This document shows positions 51,643-61,502 of a stretch of DNA of 64,000 bases, piece after piece. The DNA is from an uncultured Planctomycetota bacterium (GTDB lineage: Bacteria; Planctomycetota; PLA2; JAEUHO01), in contig CAVVXN010000003.1 of the NCBI GenBank assembly GCA_963752285.1, forward strand, positions 320,001 to 384,000, given 5' to 3'. Position numbers and translations under genes: made by a program. Numbering within the stretch: the stretch's first letter is position 1; every line of letters begins with the position of its first letter. A model generated the notes under the pieces. That model ran no database searches, was not told the DNA's origin, and saw only the letters and a list, made by a program, of their open reading frames with translations.

Positions 51643-52401
51643 TCACCGGACCTCGACGGTCCACGTGAGGGTCGCGGCGGCGGGGGGGGCGTCCTTCGGC
51701 AGGCCGTACGTGAGCATCAGCTGTTCGAGGGGGTGCCCGAACGGGAGGGTCTCCAGGTCCACGTGGTCGGGCTCGGGGGTCGGGTGGTCGATCGACCACC
51801 CTTCCTCGGCGAGGAGCTTCCCGAGCCGCAGGAGGACCGACTCGGGACGCTCCCGGGCTCCGATCTCGAGGTTCACCTCGCGCGCGCCGGGTCCCTTCCG
51901 GCCCGCGGCCACGATGTTCAGTCGTTCCGCCACCGACGCGCCGGTCTCCCGCGCCACGCGCAGGCGGAAGCGGTTGCCGTCCACGTCGTGGGCGGCGAGC
52001 GCGGTGGTCACGCCGAGGCCCGTCGTGCCCGCGCCCGCGCCCACGGACGACACGCGGGACAGGTGCACCGAGCTGCCGAGGGTCTCGGTGTCCTCCCAGC
52101 CCGCCTCGCGGCAGCGTTCCGCGAGCACGACCGCGACGTCCAGGGCGCGCGTGCCCGCCTCGATCGGCACCTGGAGATCGAGCGGCGGTCGCCCCTCGCC
52201 CGTCGCCGTGAGGTGGAACACCCCCGCGAGCGCGCCCCCTCCGGGCGCGGCCACGGTCACGGCGGCGTCGCCGCGGGCCGGCGGGACGGGGCCTTCGTGG
52301 ATCAGCGGCGCGAGGGTGAGCGCGCCGGCCGCTCCGATCAGGAGCACGAGCAGAACCAGGAGGAAGAGCCTCGGCCGTCCGGCGGACTGGAGCTCGGCCA
52401 C
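51643..52401 (-). CDS. Hypothetical membrane-anchored protein
   Basis: N-terminal hydrophobic helix; fits the gap between the SDR and zinc-ribbon genes. Confidence 0.6.
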   Translation of the reverse strand: MAELQSAGRPRLFLLVLLVLLIGAAGALTLAPLIHEGPVPPARGDAAVTVAAPGGGALAGVFHLTATGEGRPPLDLQVPIEAGTRALDVAVVLAERCREAGWEDTETLGSSVHLSRVSSVGAGAGTTGLGVTTALAAHDVDGNRFRLRVARETGASVAERLNIVAAGRKGPGAREVNLEIGARERPESVLLRLGKLLAEEGWSIDHPTPEPDHVDLETLPFGHPLEQLMLTYGLPKDAPPAAATLTWTVEVR

Positions 52402-52407
52402 GGGAAC

Positions 52408-53190
52408 CTATCGCAGCGACGTCAGCGCGCGGCCGCCGTCGAGGGGAAGGAGCCCACCGGTGATCCAGCGGGCCCGGTCGGACACGACGAACTGGACGAG
52501 ATCGGCGACGTCCTCGGGGTCGCCCACGAACCCGAGCGGGTGCGTGCTCTTCGAGCGCTCGAGGAACGCGTCGTAGTCGGACACCGCGTTCGACGCCCGG
52601 TGCAGGTTCGTCACCACCACGCCGGGGTTCACGGCGTTCACGCGGACGCCGTGCGGGGCGAGCTCGAGCGCGAGGCACTCGGTGAGCATGTCGAGGCCGG
52701 CCTTCGCCACGCAGTAGGGGCCGAGGTTCGGGTAGGGGCGGCGCCCCGCGACGCTCGAGACGTTGACGATAGCCGCGCCCGGACGCCCCTTCAGGTGGGG
52801 GACGGCGGCCCGGCAGAAGAGGAACGGGCCCGTGAGGTCCACGTCGAGGAGACGGTTCCACTCCTCGGTGGACGTCCCCTCGATGGGCCCGGACCCGATC
52901 ACGCCCGCGTTGTTGACGAGGATCGTGAGCCCCCCGAACGCCTCGACGGTCGCGAGGACCGCCTCCTCGGCGTGCCGTTCCTCGCGGACGTCGCCCGCCA
53001 CCGCGAGGGCCTCGCCGCCCGCCCCGCGGATCGAGGCGACGACCTCCGCGAGGACGGCGGCCCGCCGGCCCGTCACGGCCACGGCCGCGCCCAGGCCGGC
53101 CAGCCGCCCGGCGATCGCGCGGCCGATGCCCGACGTCGCGCCGGTCACCAGCGCCACGCGTCCCGACAGCTCGTGGTTCCCGTTCGTCAT
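52408..53190 (-). CDS. SDR family oxidoreductase
   Basis: TGATSGIG, NNAG, NVSS, YCVAK, VNAVNPG. Confidence 0.93.
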   Translation of the reverse strand: MTNGNHELSGRVALVTGATSGIGRAIAGRLAGLGAAVAVTGRRAAVLAEVVASIRGAGGEALAVAGDVREERHAEEAVLATVEAFGGLTILVNNAGVIGSGPIEGTSTEEWNRLLDVDLTGPFLFCRAAVPHLKGRPGAAIVNVSSVAGRRPYPNLGPYCVAKAGLDMLTECLALELAPHGVRVNAVNPGVVVTNLHRASNAVSDYDAFLERSKSTHPLGFVGDPEDVADLVQFVVSDRARWITGGLLPLDGGRALTSLR

Positions 53191-53270
53191 GGCCCCGGTT
53201 CTACCGCGAAAACCGCGCGCGCGCACGGCGGGGACTTCGCGCTCGGCAACGGGCCGCGTAGGCTTCTCCC

Positions 53271-53963
53271 ATGACCGATCGAGACCTCGAGAAGCGCGCC
53301 GCCGCCCTCGCCGCCGTGGCCGAGGTCTCGGACGGGATGCGCGTCGGGCTCGGCTCCGGGAGCACCGCGCTTCACGCGGTCCGGGCGCTCGGCGTGCGGG
53401 TGGCCGAGGGCCTGAGGATCGTCGGGGTCCCGACGTCGCGCGAGACCGCGCGCGTCGCGACCGAGGTGGGGATCTTGCTCGACGACCTCGACCGGGAGCC
53501 GCGGCTCGACGTCACGATCGACGGCGCCGACGAGGTCGACCCGCGCCTTCGCCTCGTCAAGGGCGGCGGCGGCGCGCTGCTCCACGAGAAGGTCGTCGCG
53601 TCCGCCAGCGCGCGGATGATCGTGGTGGCCGACGCATCGAAGATGGTCGCGCGGCTCGGCGCCTTCCCCCTCCCCGTCGAGGTGATCCCCTTCGCCGCGA
53701 CGCTCGTGTCGGAGCGCGTCCGCGCGCTCGGTCTCGAGCCGAGGCTCCGCCGCGCGCGGGACGGCGCGCCCTACACCACGGACGAGGGCAACCGGATCCT
53801 CGACTGCGCGAGCGGCGGGATCGAGGACCCGGACGCGCTCGGCGCGGCCCTCTCGTCGATCCCGGGCGTGGTCGAGCACGGCCTCTTCCTCGGTCTCGCG
53901 AGCGAGATCCTCGTGGCGCGGGGCGAGGCGGTCGAGCGCGTGCTCGCCACCGCCGCGACGTGA
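53271..53963 (+). CDS. rpiA: Ribose-5-phosphate isomerase A
   Basis: GLGSGST, DGADEVD, KGGGGALLHEK, LPVEV, GVVEHGLF. Confidence 0.97.
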   Translation: MTDRDLEKRAAALAAVAEVSDGMRVGLGSGSTALHAVRALGVRVAEGLRIVGVPTSRETARVATEVGILLDDLDREPRLDVTIDGADEVDPRLRLVKGGGGALLHEKVVASASARMIVVADASKMVARLGAFPLPVEVIPFAATLVSERVRALGLEPRLRRARDGAPYTTDEGNRILDCASGGIEDPDALGAALSSIPGVVEHGLFLGLASEILVARGEAVERVLATAAT

Positions 53964-53973
53964 GGGCGGGACG

Positions 53974-54408
53974 GTGCCGCGCGTCGCCGAGCCGATCCGG
54001 GTGAACGCGCGGGTCGCGATCCCCCCGGCGGAGGTCGCGCTCTCGTACGCGCGGTCCGGCGGCCCCGGCGGCCAGCACGTGAACAAGACGGCCACGAAGG
54101 TGTTGCTCCGGTGGAACCTCGACGACTCCGCGGCGCTCGGCGACGCGGACCGCGCGTGGCTCCGCCGTCGGCTCGCGTCGCGTCTCACGGCGGCCGGCGA
54201 CGTCCTCGTCGCGGTCGAGTCCCACCGCGACCAGAAGCGAAACGTCGAGGAGGCGATCGAACGATTTCGCGACCTCCTCGCGCGCGCGCTCGAGCGGCCG
54301 AAGCGTCGCAAGAAGACCCGGCCGACGCGCGCCTCGAAGGAGCGTCGCCTCGACGCGAAGCGCCGCCGCGGCGAGACGAAACGGACGCGCCGCGAGCCTC
54401 CCGCGTAG
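53974..54408 (+). CDS. arfB: Alternative ribosome rescue peptidyl-tRNA hydrolase
   Basis: RSGGPGGQHVNKT, basic tail RKKTRPTRASKERRLDAK. Confidence 0.93.
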   Translation: MPRVAEPIRVNARVAIPPAEVALSYARSGGPGGQHVNKTATKVLLRWNLDDSAALGDADRAWLRRRLASRLTAAGDVLVAVESHRDQKRNVEEAIERFRDLLARALERPKRRKKTRPTRASKERRLDAKRRRGETKRTRREPPA

Positions 54409-54490
54409 CGCTCCCGGGCCCTCGTGCCGTCATGCCCCAAGGAGAAGAACGGGGCTCGAACCCCGGCGGTTCGTGCGCGTTACGCCCCGC

Positions 54491-54592
54491 ATGCGACGCG
54501 CCCTCTTCCTCGCCCTCGTCTCCGTCGTCCTCTTCCCGGCGTCCGCGCCGCCCGCGCCCCCCGCCGCGCCGCGCGTCGCCCCGCGGCCGTAG
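54491..54592 (+). CDS. Putative 33-aa small protein (signal-peptide-like)
   Basis: MRRALFLALVSVVLFPASAPPAPPAAPRVAPRP; GAAC-N16-CGTT motif just upstream. Confidence 0.4.
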   Translation: MRRALFLALVSVVLFPASAPPAPPAAPRVAPRP

Positions 54593-54607
54593 GGCGCCCG
54601 CCGCGCC

Positions 54608-56920
54608 TCAGCGCTTCCTCGCGAGCCGGATCTCGACCAGGACGGGCGTCGCGTCGGACGTCGGGAACACGTCCTTCTGCTCGACGTCCGCGTAGCCCTC
54701 CGCGCGGACGCTCACCACGTGGGGCTCGCCGGGGGGAAGGGCGAGCATCCGCACCTCGCCGTCGCCGGACGCGCGGCCCGACCACCCGACGTTCCCCTCG
54801 AATCCCGCGATCGACGCCCGCGCGCGCTCGCGCGAGGCCGGCCGCGCCATGGCGGCCGCGCCGGCGACGGGCTTCCCCGTCTCGGCGTCCAGGATGCGGA
54901 CGAGGAGACGGCCGGCGGGGAGCTCGACCGCCACGACCTTCTCTTCGCCCGCGGCGACCGGGATCGGCTCCGGGGTGCGCAGCACGAAGTCGTCCACGAG
55001 GCTCGGGTCGCCGAGCCAGATCTCGGTGCGGAACGCGCCCGCCCCCTTGGCCGTGAACCGCGCGCGCCCGTCCGCGTCCGTGACGACGACCCGCCGCTCC
55101 TGCCCCTCGGCCAGGCTCACCGCGACGCCGCCGAGGGGCGTGCCGTTCGCCGTGACGCGGACCGCGATCCCTGCCCCGGACCCCGCGCCCGCGGGATTCC
55201 CGAGCTCGACCTCCGTCACCTCGCCCGACCGGACGTGGACCTTCTTCACGCCGGGCGGCCCCGCGCCGAGCAGCGCGATCGACTCGCCCCCCGGCCCGGG
55301 CTGGGCCGCCACGCCTTGGATCCGGAACGCGCCGTCGTCCCCGACCGGCGAGCGGAGGACGAGACCCTTCCGGCTCCAGACCACCTCCCCGCCGCGGGCC
55401 GGCTCGCCACTCGGACCGTACGCCTTCCCCTCGATCGTCGCCGTCCGCGCGACGCGGACCTCGTGGTCCCGTCCCGGGGCGATTCGCTCGAGGTCGAGGT
55501 TCGGGACGGCGGCCGCGCGTCCCGGCGCGATCACCCACCAGGTGGGGCCGCGCGCCGGCCGCTCGCCCGGCCGCGGGACGTAGACCGGCAGGTCGAGCTC
55601 GCCGCCCCTGTCCGCGACGAGCGACGCGCCCCGGAAGAAGGCGTCGTCGTCGCCTCGCTCGTGGAACGGCGTCACGGTCGCGCCGGCGAGCGCGTCGCCC
55701 GTCTCCTCGGCGAGGAGCCGGACGTGCACCGTCCTCGGATGGGCGGGGAGCGGGATCTCGAGCGGCACGGCCCCGTCGCTCGCCAGGACGGCGTCGCTGA
55801 GGAACGGCGCCGCGCCGGGCCGCGAGAGGAACACGCGCCACCGCCCCGGCTTCGGCGCCACGACGTCGCCGCCGTTCGCGCTCCAGGCGAGCGACGCGTC
55901 GGTCTGCCAGGCGTCCCGCGGGCCGAAGAAGCGCGCGAGGATCCCCTCGATGCCGCCGGCCTGGAGCGCCGCCTCGTTGACGAACGTGACCGACGCGGGG
56001 ATCTGGGCCGCCTCGTACCGACGTCGCACGTCCTCGCCGTCGATGGCCCGACCCGCTTCGTCCACGAAGCGGATCGCGACGCGGGGACCGGCCGTGGCGT
56101 CGGCTTCCGAGGCGGGCGCGTTCCCGGCGGGCGGCGGCGTCGCGACCGGGCTCTCGACGTCCGGCCCGGGAGCCCGCCCCACGAGCCGCGCGGGGTCCGA
56201 CGGGAGGCCTCGGGCGATCGGTCCCTCGTCGCGACCGACGCCCAAGCGCGTCGTCGTGACGAACCAGACCGCGCCGGCGAGGAGCAGGACCACCCCCGCC
56301 AGGACGAGGAGCTTCGCCTTCGTCGTACCCACGAGCACGCCTCCCTTCGAGAGCCACGAGAACCCGCCGCCGCCCGTTCCGCCCGCGATCGGGAGCAGCG
56401 CGGCGACCCAGAGCCGCCGGTCCCCCTTCGCCTCGCGATCGAGGTCCGCGCGAAGCCGGTCGAGGCCGCGCTTCACCCGCGTCCGGACGGTCGCCGCCGG
56501 GACCCCGGTGCACCGTGCGATCTCCCTCGTCGATCGCCCCTCGAAGTAGCAGAGGAGCAGCGTGCTCCTAAACGGCTCGTCGAGGGTCGCGACCCGTTGG
56601 ACGAGCGCGCGGTGCACCTCGGCCTCCGCCACCACCGCGTCGACGCCCTGGCCCTCGATCGCCTCGGGCCGGGCGACCTTCCGCTCGCGCGCGCGGCGCG
56701 CGCCCTCGCTCCGCCCGATGCGACGCGCTTCGTTTCGGGCGACGGTCCGGAGCCACGCGGGGAGCGCCTCGACCTGTGCCGGCGGGCGTGCGATCGCGGT
56801 GGCGAGGGTCGCCTGGGTGACGTCGTCGGCGTCCGCGTCGCCGCGGACGAGGACGCCGGCGAAGCGCCGGAGCCAGCCGACGTGGTCGAGCAGGTCCTGG
56901 GGATCGAAGGGGCGCGACAC
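54608..56920 (-). CDS. ECF sigma factor fused to a TM segment and extracytoplasmic beta-sandwich (carboxypeptidase-regulatory-like) domains
   Basis: Sigma2 DADDVTQAT..AWLRTVARN; sigma4 LDEPFRSTLLLCYFEGRSTREIA..TVRTRVKRG; TM LLVLAGVVLLLAGAVWFV; GGAGG RBS before GTG 56920. Confidence 0.9.
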   Translation of the reverse strand: MSRPFDPQDLLDHVGWLRRFAGVLVRGDADADDVTQATLATAIARPPAQVEALPAWLRTVARNEARRIGRSEGARRARERKVARPEAIEGQGVDAVVAEAEVHRALVQRVATLDEPFRSTLLLCYFEGRSTREIARCTGVPAATVRTRVKRGLDRLRADLDREAKGDRRLWVAALLPIAGGTGGGGFSWLSKGGVLVGTTKAKLLVLAGVVLLLAGAVWFVTTTRLGVGRDEGPIARGLPSDPARLVGRAPGPDVESPVATPPPAGNAPASEADATAGPRVAIRFVDEAGRAIDGEDVRRRYEAAQIPASVTFVNEAALQAGGIEGILARFFGPRDAWQTDASLAWSANGGDVVAPKPGRWRVFLSRPGAAPFLSDAVLASDGAVPLEIPLPAHPRTVHVRLLAEETGDALAGATVTPFHERGDDDAFFRGASLVADRGGELDLPVYVPRPGERPARGPTWWVIAPGRAAAVPNLDLERIAPGRDHEVRVARTATIEGKAYGPSGEPARGGEVVWSRKGLVLRSPVGDDGAFRIQGVAAQPGPGGESIALLGAGPPGVKKVHVRSGEVTEVELGNPAGAGSGAGIAVRVTANGTPLGGVAVSLAEGQERRVVVTDADGRARFTAKGAGAFRTEIWLGDPSLVDDFVLRTPEPIPVAAGEEKVVAVELPAGRLLVRILDAETGKPVAGAAAMARPASRERARASIAGFEGNVGWSGRASGDGEVRMLALPPGEPHVVSVRAEGYADVEQKDVFPTSDATPVLVEIRLARKR

Positions 56921-56937
56921 GGTGACCTCCACCCCCA

Positions 56938-56965
56938 GGATGCAGAGGCGGGCCGGTTCGTTCCC
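56938..56965 (-). promoter_or_regulatory. ECF-type promoter, possibly autoregulatory
   Basis: GGAAC-N16-GCATC immediately upstream of the ECF gene's RBS. Confidence 0.55.
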
Positions 56966-57085
56966 GGGTTTCTCCGCCGCCCCCCGATCGACCGCGGGCG
57001 GAATCGCGCCGGAGGGCGCGTCGCCGTCGAGGGCGACGTAGACGTCCGGCTCGCCGGGTCCCGCGCGGGCGGCCGGGGCGCCGGA

Positions 57086-57952
57086 CTACCGGTAGGGGGC
57101 GAGGATCGGGGCGAGTCGGTCGAGGGTGGCGGCGGGGACCGCGTCGAGCGGGGTCACCATCGCCGTCTCGAGCGCGTGCATCTCGGGGAGGTCGCCCGCG
57201 GGCACGAGGGGGATCGCGGCGCGGACGATGTCGGTCGCGGCCATCGCGTTCTCCCGCAGCACGTCCAGGATCTCGGCGGCACGGACGCCCTCCTCCGCCT
57301 CCCGCCAGGCGTCGAAGTCGGTCACGAGGGAGAGCGACGCGAAGGCGATCTCGGCCTCGCGACAGAGCCGCGCCTCGCTGACGCACGTCATGCCGATGAC
57401 GTCGCACCCGACGCTCCGGTACCAGCGGCTCTCCGCGCGCGTGGAGAACTGCGGTCCCTCCATGCAGAGATACGTCCCGCCCTCGTGGACGGCGTGGCCC
57501 GCGCGGCTCGCGCCCTCGACGAGGGCGTCCCGCAGCGCGGGGCTGAACGGGTCGGCGAGCGAGACGTGGGCGACGAGGCCCTGGCCGAAGAACGTGTCTG
57601 GGCGGTGGCGCGTACGGTCGAGGATCTGGTCCGGCACGACCAAGGTCCGCGGCGGAAGGTGCTCCCGGAGGCTCCCGACCGCGCTCGGCGAGAAGACCTT
57701 CCGTACGCCCAGGGCGCGGAACGCCCAGACGTTCGCGCGGTAGGGGATCTCGGTCGGGAGGAGGGTGTGCTTCGGACCGTGCCGCGCGAGGAAGGCCACG
57801 CGCCGGCCCTCGATCGTTCCGACACGGATCGGGGCGGACGGTCTCCCGAACGGCGTGTCCACGACGACGTCCTCTACGTCCTCGAGCCCGGCCAGGTCGT
57901 AGAGCCCCGTCCCGCCGAGGACGCCGATCTCCGCTCGCGCACCGTCCCTCAT
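57086..57952 (-). CDS. mtnP: S-methyl-5'-thioadenosine phosphorylase
   Basis: IGVLGGTGLY, TPFGRPS, FLARHG, YRAN, EGPQFSTRAES, IGMT..EA.L.REAEI, VTDFD. Confidence 0.95.
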   Translation of the reverse strand: MRDGARAEIGVLGGTGLYDLAGLEDVEDVVVDTPFGRPSAPIRVGTIEGRRVAFLARHGPKHTLLPTEIPYRANVWAFRALGVRKVFSPSAVGSLREHLPPRTLVVPDQILDRTRHRPDTFFGQGLVAHVSLADPFSPALRDALVEGASRAGHAVHEGGTYLCMEGPQFSTRAESRWYRSVGCDVIGMTCVSEARLCREAEIAFASLSLVTDFDAWREAEEGVRAAEILDVLRENAMAATDIVRAAIPLVPAGDLPEMHALETAMVTPLDAVPAATLDRLAPILAPYR

Positions 57953-59082
57953 CGCTTCGGGTCCTCCGGCATGCGCCGCTCGGGCGCGACGTGCTTCAGC
58001 GCGCTCGCGAGCAAGCGGGCCTTGATCGTTCCGCTCAAGACCTTCTTGGGCTTTCCGTCGCGGTCGAGCACGACGACCGCCGGCGTCGCCTTGACGCCGA
58101 GCCGGGCGAGCGTGTCCGCGTTCGCGCCAGCTTCGAGGCGCACGCACGGGATCTGCCGGCCGAGGAAGCGCACCTCCGGGTCGAAGAAGACGTCGTGCTG
58201 GAGCGTGCGGAGCGCACCCTCGTCGGCGGCGTCCGCGCTCCAGAGCCAGAGCATCACACCGCCCTTCTTCGCGCCCGCCTCCGACCTCACGGCGGCCGCG
58301 AGATCGTCGGTCCAGTCGAACGAACGGTCGTCGCCCGCGGTGAAGCGACCGTCCATCACGTTCATCCACCAGTGAAGGTAGTCCACGAGCTGGTCGGGGA
58401 ACGCGTGGCCGAGACCGTTCTGGACGCGCACCTCCACGCTCCGGACCTTCCCGCGGAGCATCCCGACCGTCGCCTGGGCCGCGCGCAGGTTCGGGTCCTC
58501 GCTGCCCGCGAGCGCGATCACGCCCTGGTCCGTCGCCGCCCACTTCGGCACCTGTCCGCCCTGGAACCCCGCGGCGATCCACGTGGCGCTCGCCGGGTGG
58601 AGGTCGTCGTCGAAGGCCAGAGGGGTCAGGTGCCAGCCGCCGTTCGAGAACCCCACGACGTGGAGCCTCTTCGGGTCGATCGGGAGGACCTTCTCCAGGT
58701 GGAGCGCGATCCGCTTCGCCGCGTCGAGCTCCGACGGCTGCCAGTCGTTCGTGTGCGCCTGGGGCGCGACGACGACGTAGCCGTCCTGGGCCCAGCCGGC
58801 GAACGCGTGGGCCATGCCGCTCCCGGTTCCACCCGATCCGTGCATGACGAGGAGCAGCGAGCACCTCTTGTCGGCCGACATCTCGCTCGGGCAAACGAGC
58901 GTCGTCGAGAGTCCCTCGATCTCCGGGCTCGACTCCCCCGCGGGATACGGCGCGTCGTCCGCGCGCGCGGCCCCGACGGCGAGGACCGTAGGGAGAAGGG
59001 CGAGCGCGAGGATCGCCACGCGGGGTCGCAAACGCGGACGGTCCCGACTCGTCGTGGCCGGGGAGGACCGGGGTCGCGCCAT
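57949..59082 (-). CDS. Exported alpha/beta hydrolase with C-terminal thioredoxin-like domain
   Basis: Signal peptide; MHGSGG, IDPKRLHVVGFSNGG, GLGHAF; C-terminal WTDDL..A...LGVKATPAVVVLD. Confidence 0.8.
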   Translation of the reverse strand: MARPRSSPATTSRDRPRLRPRVAILALALLPTVLAVGAARADDAPYPAGESSPEIEGLSTTLVCPSEMSADKRCSLLLVMHGSGGTGSGMAHAFAGWAQDGYVVVAPQAHTNDWQPSELDAAKRIALHLEKVLPIDPKRLHVVGFSNGGWHLTPLAFDDDLHPASATWIAAGFQGGQVPKWAATDQGVIALAGSEDPNLRAAQATVGMLRGKVRSVEVRVQNGLGHAFPDQLVDYLHWWMNVMDGRFTAGDDRSFDWTDDLAAAVRSEAGAKKGGVMLWLWSADAADEGALRTLQHDVFFDPEVRFLGRQIPCVRLEAGANADTLARLGVKATPAVVVLDRDGKPKKVLSGTIKARLLASALKHVAPERRMPEDPKR

Positions 59083-59174
59083 CGCGAGGATGATACCGCT
59101 CGTGTCTCGACGCCCGGGCTTGATCCCGCACCCGCCGGTCGGGGATGCTTGGGGCGAGGAGGTGGCCCCGCTCC

Positions 59175-60749
59175 ATGCCCGACCGCGCCGCGCTTCGCGT
59201 CCTCGACGCCTGGACCGATCGCCTCGAGCCGGCGGAGGAGGCGCTCGCGCGCGCCCGCTGGGACGCGGCCACCGACGCGACCGACGACCACCGCCGAGCC
59301 GTCGAGGCGGCGGCGAAGACGGTGGAAGCCCGCGCGCACGACGACGCCGGCTACGCGAAGATCGAGCAGAGCCTCCACGAGCGAATCGACGACCCGGTGC
59401 TTCGCCGCGCGCTCGAGCGCCTGCGTCTCCGGCTCCTCCCGCACCGTGTGCCGCGTCCCGAGCGCCTGATCGCGCTCGAGGCCGAGGTGCTCGAGCGCTT
59501 CGCTCGTCACCGCGGCGCGGTGGACGGGGTGCGACTCGACGGGAACCAGACCCGGGAGATCCTGGCCGAGAGCCGCGACGCGGCGCGCGTCGAGGCGGCC
59601 TGGCGCGCGGCGGTGGGCGTGGGCACCGAGGTCGAGGACGCGGTCCGCGAGACGACGCGCCTCCGAAACGAGCACGCGCGTGCGCTCGGCTTCGCCGACC
59701 ACCGTCGCCTCCGACTCGAGCTGGAGGAGGTCGTGCCGGCCGCCCTCGACGCCTTCCTCGCCGACCTCGATCGCGCGACGGAGGCGCCGTGGCGCGAGCG
59801 TCACGCGCGCCTCGACCGCGACCGCGCGGCGCGGTTCGGGATCGCGCTCGACCGGCTCGCGCCGTGGCACCAGGGCGACGTGTTCCTGCAGAGCCTTCCG
59901 GCGGCCGACGGCGTGGACGACCCGCTCGCGGCGCTCGACCCCGTGGCCCTCGCGCGCGCCACCTTCGACGGTCTCGGGTTCGACGTGAGCGCCGTCCTCG
60001 AGCGGAGCGACCTCCAGCCCCGCGAGGGGAAGCACCCGCACGCGTTCTGCCTGCACGTGGACCGCGCGGGCGACGTCCGCGTGCTCGCGAACCTCGAGCC
60101 CGGCGCGCGGAGCACGCGCACGCTGCTCCACGAGCTCGGACACGCGGTGTACGAGCTCGGGCTCGACCCCGACCTGCCGTGGATCCTCCGCCGCCCGCCC
60201 CACGCCGCCACGACCGAGGGCGTCGCGATGCTCTTCGGGAGGCTCGTCGAGGACGAGGCCTGGCGGCACGACGTCGCGGGCCTCGGGGCCGATCCCGACG
60301 CGGCGATCCGGCGCCGGGACGACCTGCTCTGCTTCGCGAGGTGGGGCCTCGCGGTCTCGCGGTTCGAGGAGCGTCTCTACGCGGACCCCGAGCAGGACCT
60401 CGACGCGGCGTGGTGGGACTGTCTCGAGCGCTACCAGGGCGTGCGCCGTCCCGAGGACCCGCCGCGAGGCGCGTGGGCGTCGAAGATCCACGTGTCGTGC
60501 TGGCCCGTCTACTACCACTCGTATCTCTACGGCGAGACCGTCGCGTCGATGCTCGACCACCACGTGCGGCACGACGTGTTCGGGCGCCGGCTGGTCGGGA
60601 ACCCGCCCGCCGGCGCGTTCCTCCGCGAGCGCGTGTTCCGCCCCGGCGCGTCGGTCCGTTGGGAGCGCCTCGTCGAGGAGGCCACGCTCGCGCGGGTGGA
60701 CCCTGCCGCGCTCGCCCGCGACGTGACCTCGCCCGCCCCGCGCGCGTGA
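59175..60749 (+). CDS. M3/M2-like zinc oligopeptidase
   Basis: DLQPREGKHPHAFC, TLLHELGHAVY, TEGVAM, KIH....PVYYHSYLYG. Confidence 0.88.
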   Translation: MPDRAALRVLDAWTDRLEPAEEALARARWDAATDATDDHRRAVEAAAKTVEARAHDDAGYAKIEQSLHERIDDPVLRRALERLRLRLLPHRVPRPERLIALEAEVLERFARHRGAVDGVRLDGNQTREILAESRDAARVEAAWRAAVGVGTEVEDAVRETTRLRNEHARALGFADHRRLRLELEEVVPAALDAFLADLDRATEAPWRERHARLDRDRAARFGIALDRLAPWHQGDVFLQSLPAADGVDDPLAALDPVALARATFDGLGFDVSAVLERSDLQPREGKHPHAFCLHVDRAGDVRVLANLEPGARSTRTLLHELGHAVYELGLDPDLPWILRRPPHAATTEGVAMLFGRLVEDEAWRHDVAGLGADPDAAIRRRDDLLCFARWGLAVSRFEERLYADPEQDLDAAWWDCLERYQGVRRPEDPPRGAWASKIHVSCWPVYYHSYLYGETVASMLDHHVRHDVFGRRLVGNPPAGAFLRERVFRPGASVRWERLVEEATLARVDPAALARDVTSPAPRA

Positions 60750-60767
60750 AGGCCCGCGCGGGGCGCC

Positions 60768-61502
60768 TCAATCGGCGAAGGGGGGACGGACCCGGAGCGC
60801 GCGGTCCAGCGCCCGGAGGTCGTCCGGTACCGGCGCCTCGAACCGCACGCGCGCGCCGCCGACCGGGTGCGCGAAGGCGAGCCGCCACGCGTGGAGCGCC
60901 GGACGCGCGCCGCGCGGTCCACCGTACTTCGTGTCCCCCACGATGGGGTGACCGGCCACGGCGAGCTGCGCGCGGATCTGGTGCGACCGGCCCGTCGCGA
61001 GGTCGAGGCGGAGACGCGACGCCGTCGGGCCGACGCCGACCGTCGCGTAGGCGAGGCGGGCGGGCTTCGCGCCCGGATCGTCCGGCTGCGCCACGCGGGT
61101 GACGCCGCCCGAGCGCACGAGGCGGTGAAGGAGCTGCCCCTCCGAGGGATCCGGGCGGCCCGTGACCCAGGCGAGGTACGTCTTCTCGACGTCCTCGCGT
61201 TCGCGAAACGCCTTGGCGAGACGCGCCGCGGCCTTGGAAGTCTTCGCCACGACCAGCACGCCCGACACGTTGCGGTCGAGACGGTGGACCAGGCCGACGT
61301 ACGCGCGCCCGGGCTTGGCCTCGGACTCCCGGCGGTAGGCGTCCACGAGGTCGGGGAGCGAGACCACGCCCGGCGGGCCGCCCTGGGAGAGGAGACCCGC
61401 GGGCTTCGAGACCGCGAGGAGGTGGCCGTCCTCGAAGAGGACCGTGACCCCCTTCGCCTCGAGGCCCCGGAGCGCCATGCGTCGCAGGTCGCGCGGGTGC
61501 AT
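60768..61502 (-). CDS. RluA-family pseudouridine synthase
   Basis: KPAGL, LVHRLDRNVSG, KTYLA, TGRSHQIRAQL, PIVGD.KYG, LHA. Start 61502 or 61478. Confidence 0.93.
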   Translation of the reverse strand: MHPRDLRRMALRGLEAKGVTVLFEDGHLLAVSKPAGLLSQGGPPGVVSLPDLVDAYRRESEAKPGRAYVGLVHRLDRNVSGVLVVAKTSKAAARLAKAFREREDVEKTYLAWVTGRPDPSEGQLLHRLVRSGGVTRVAQPDDPGAKPARLAYATVGVGPTASRLRLDLATGRSHQIRAQLAVAGHPIVGDTKYGGPRGARPALHAWRLAFAHPVGGARVRFEAPVPDDLRALDRALRVRPPFAD

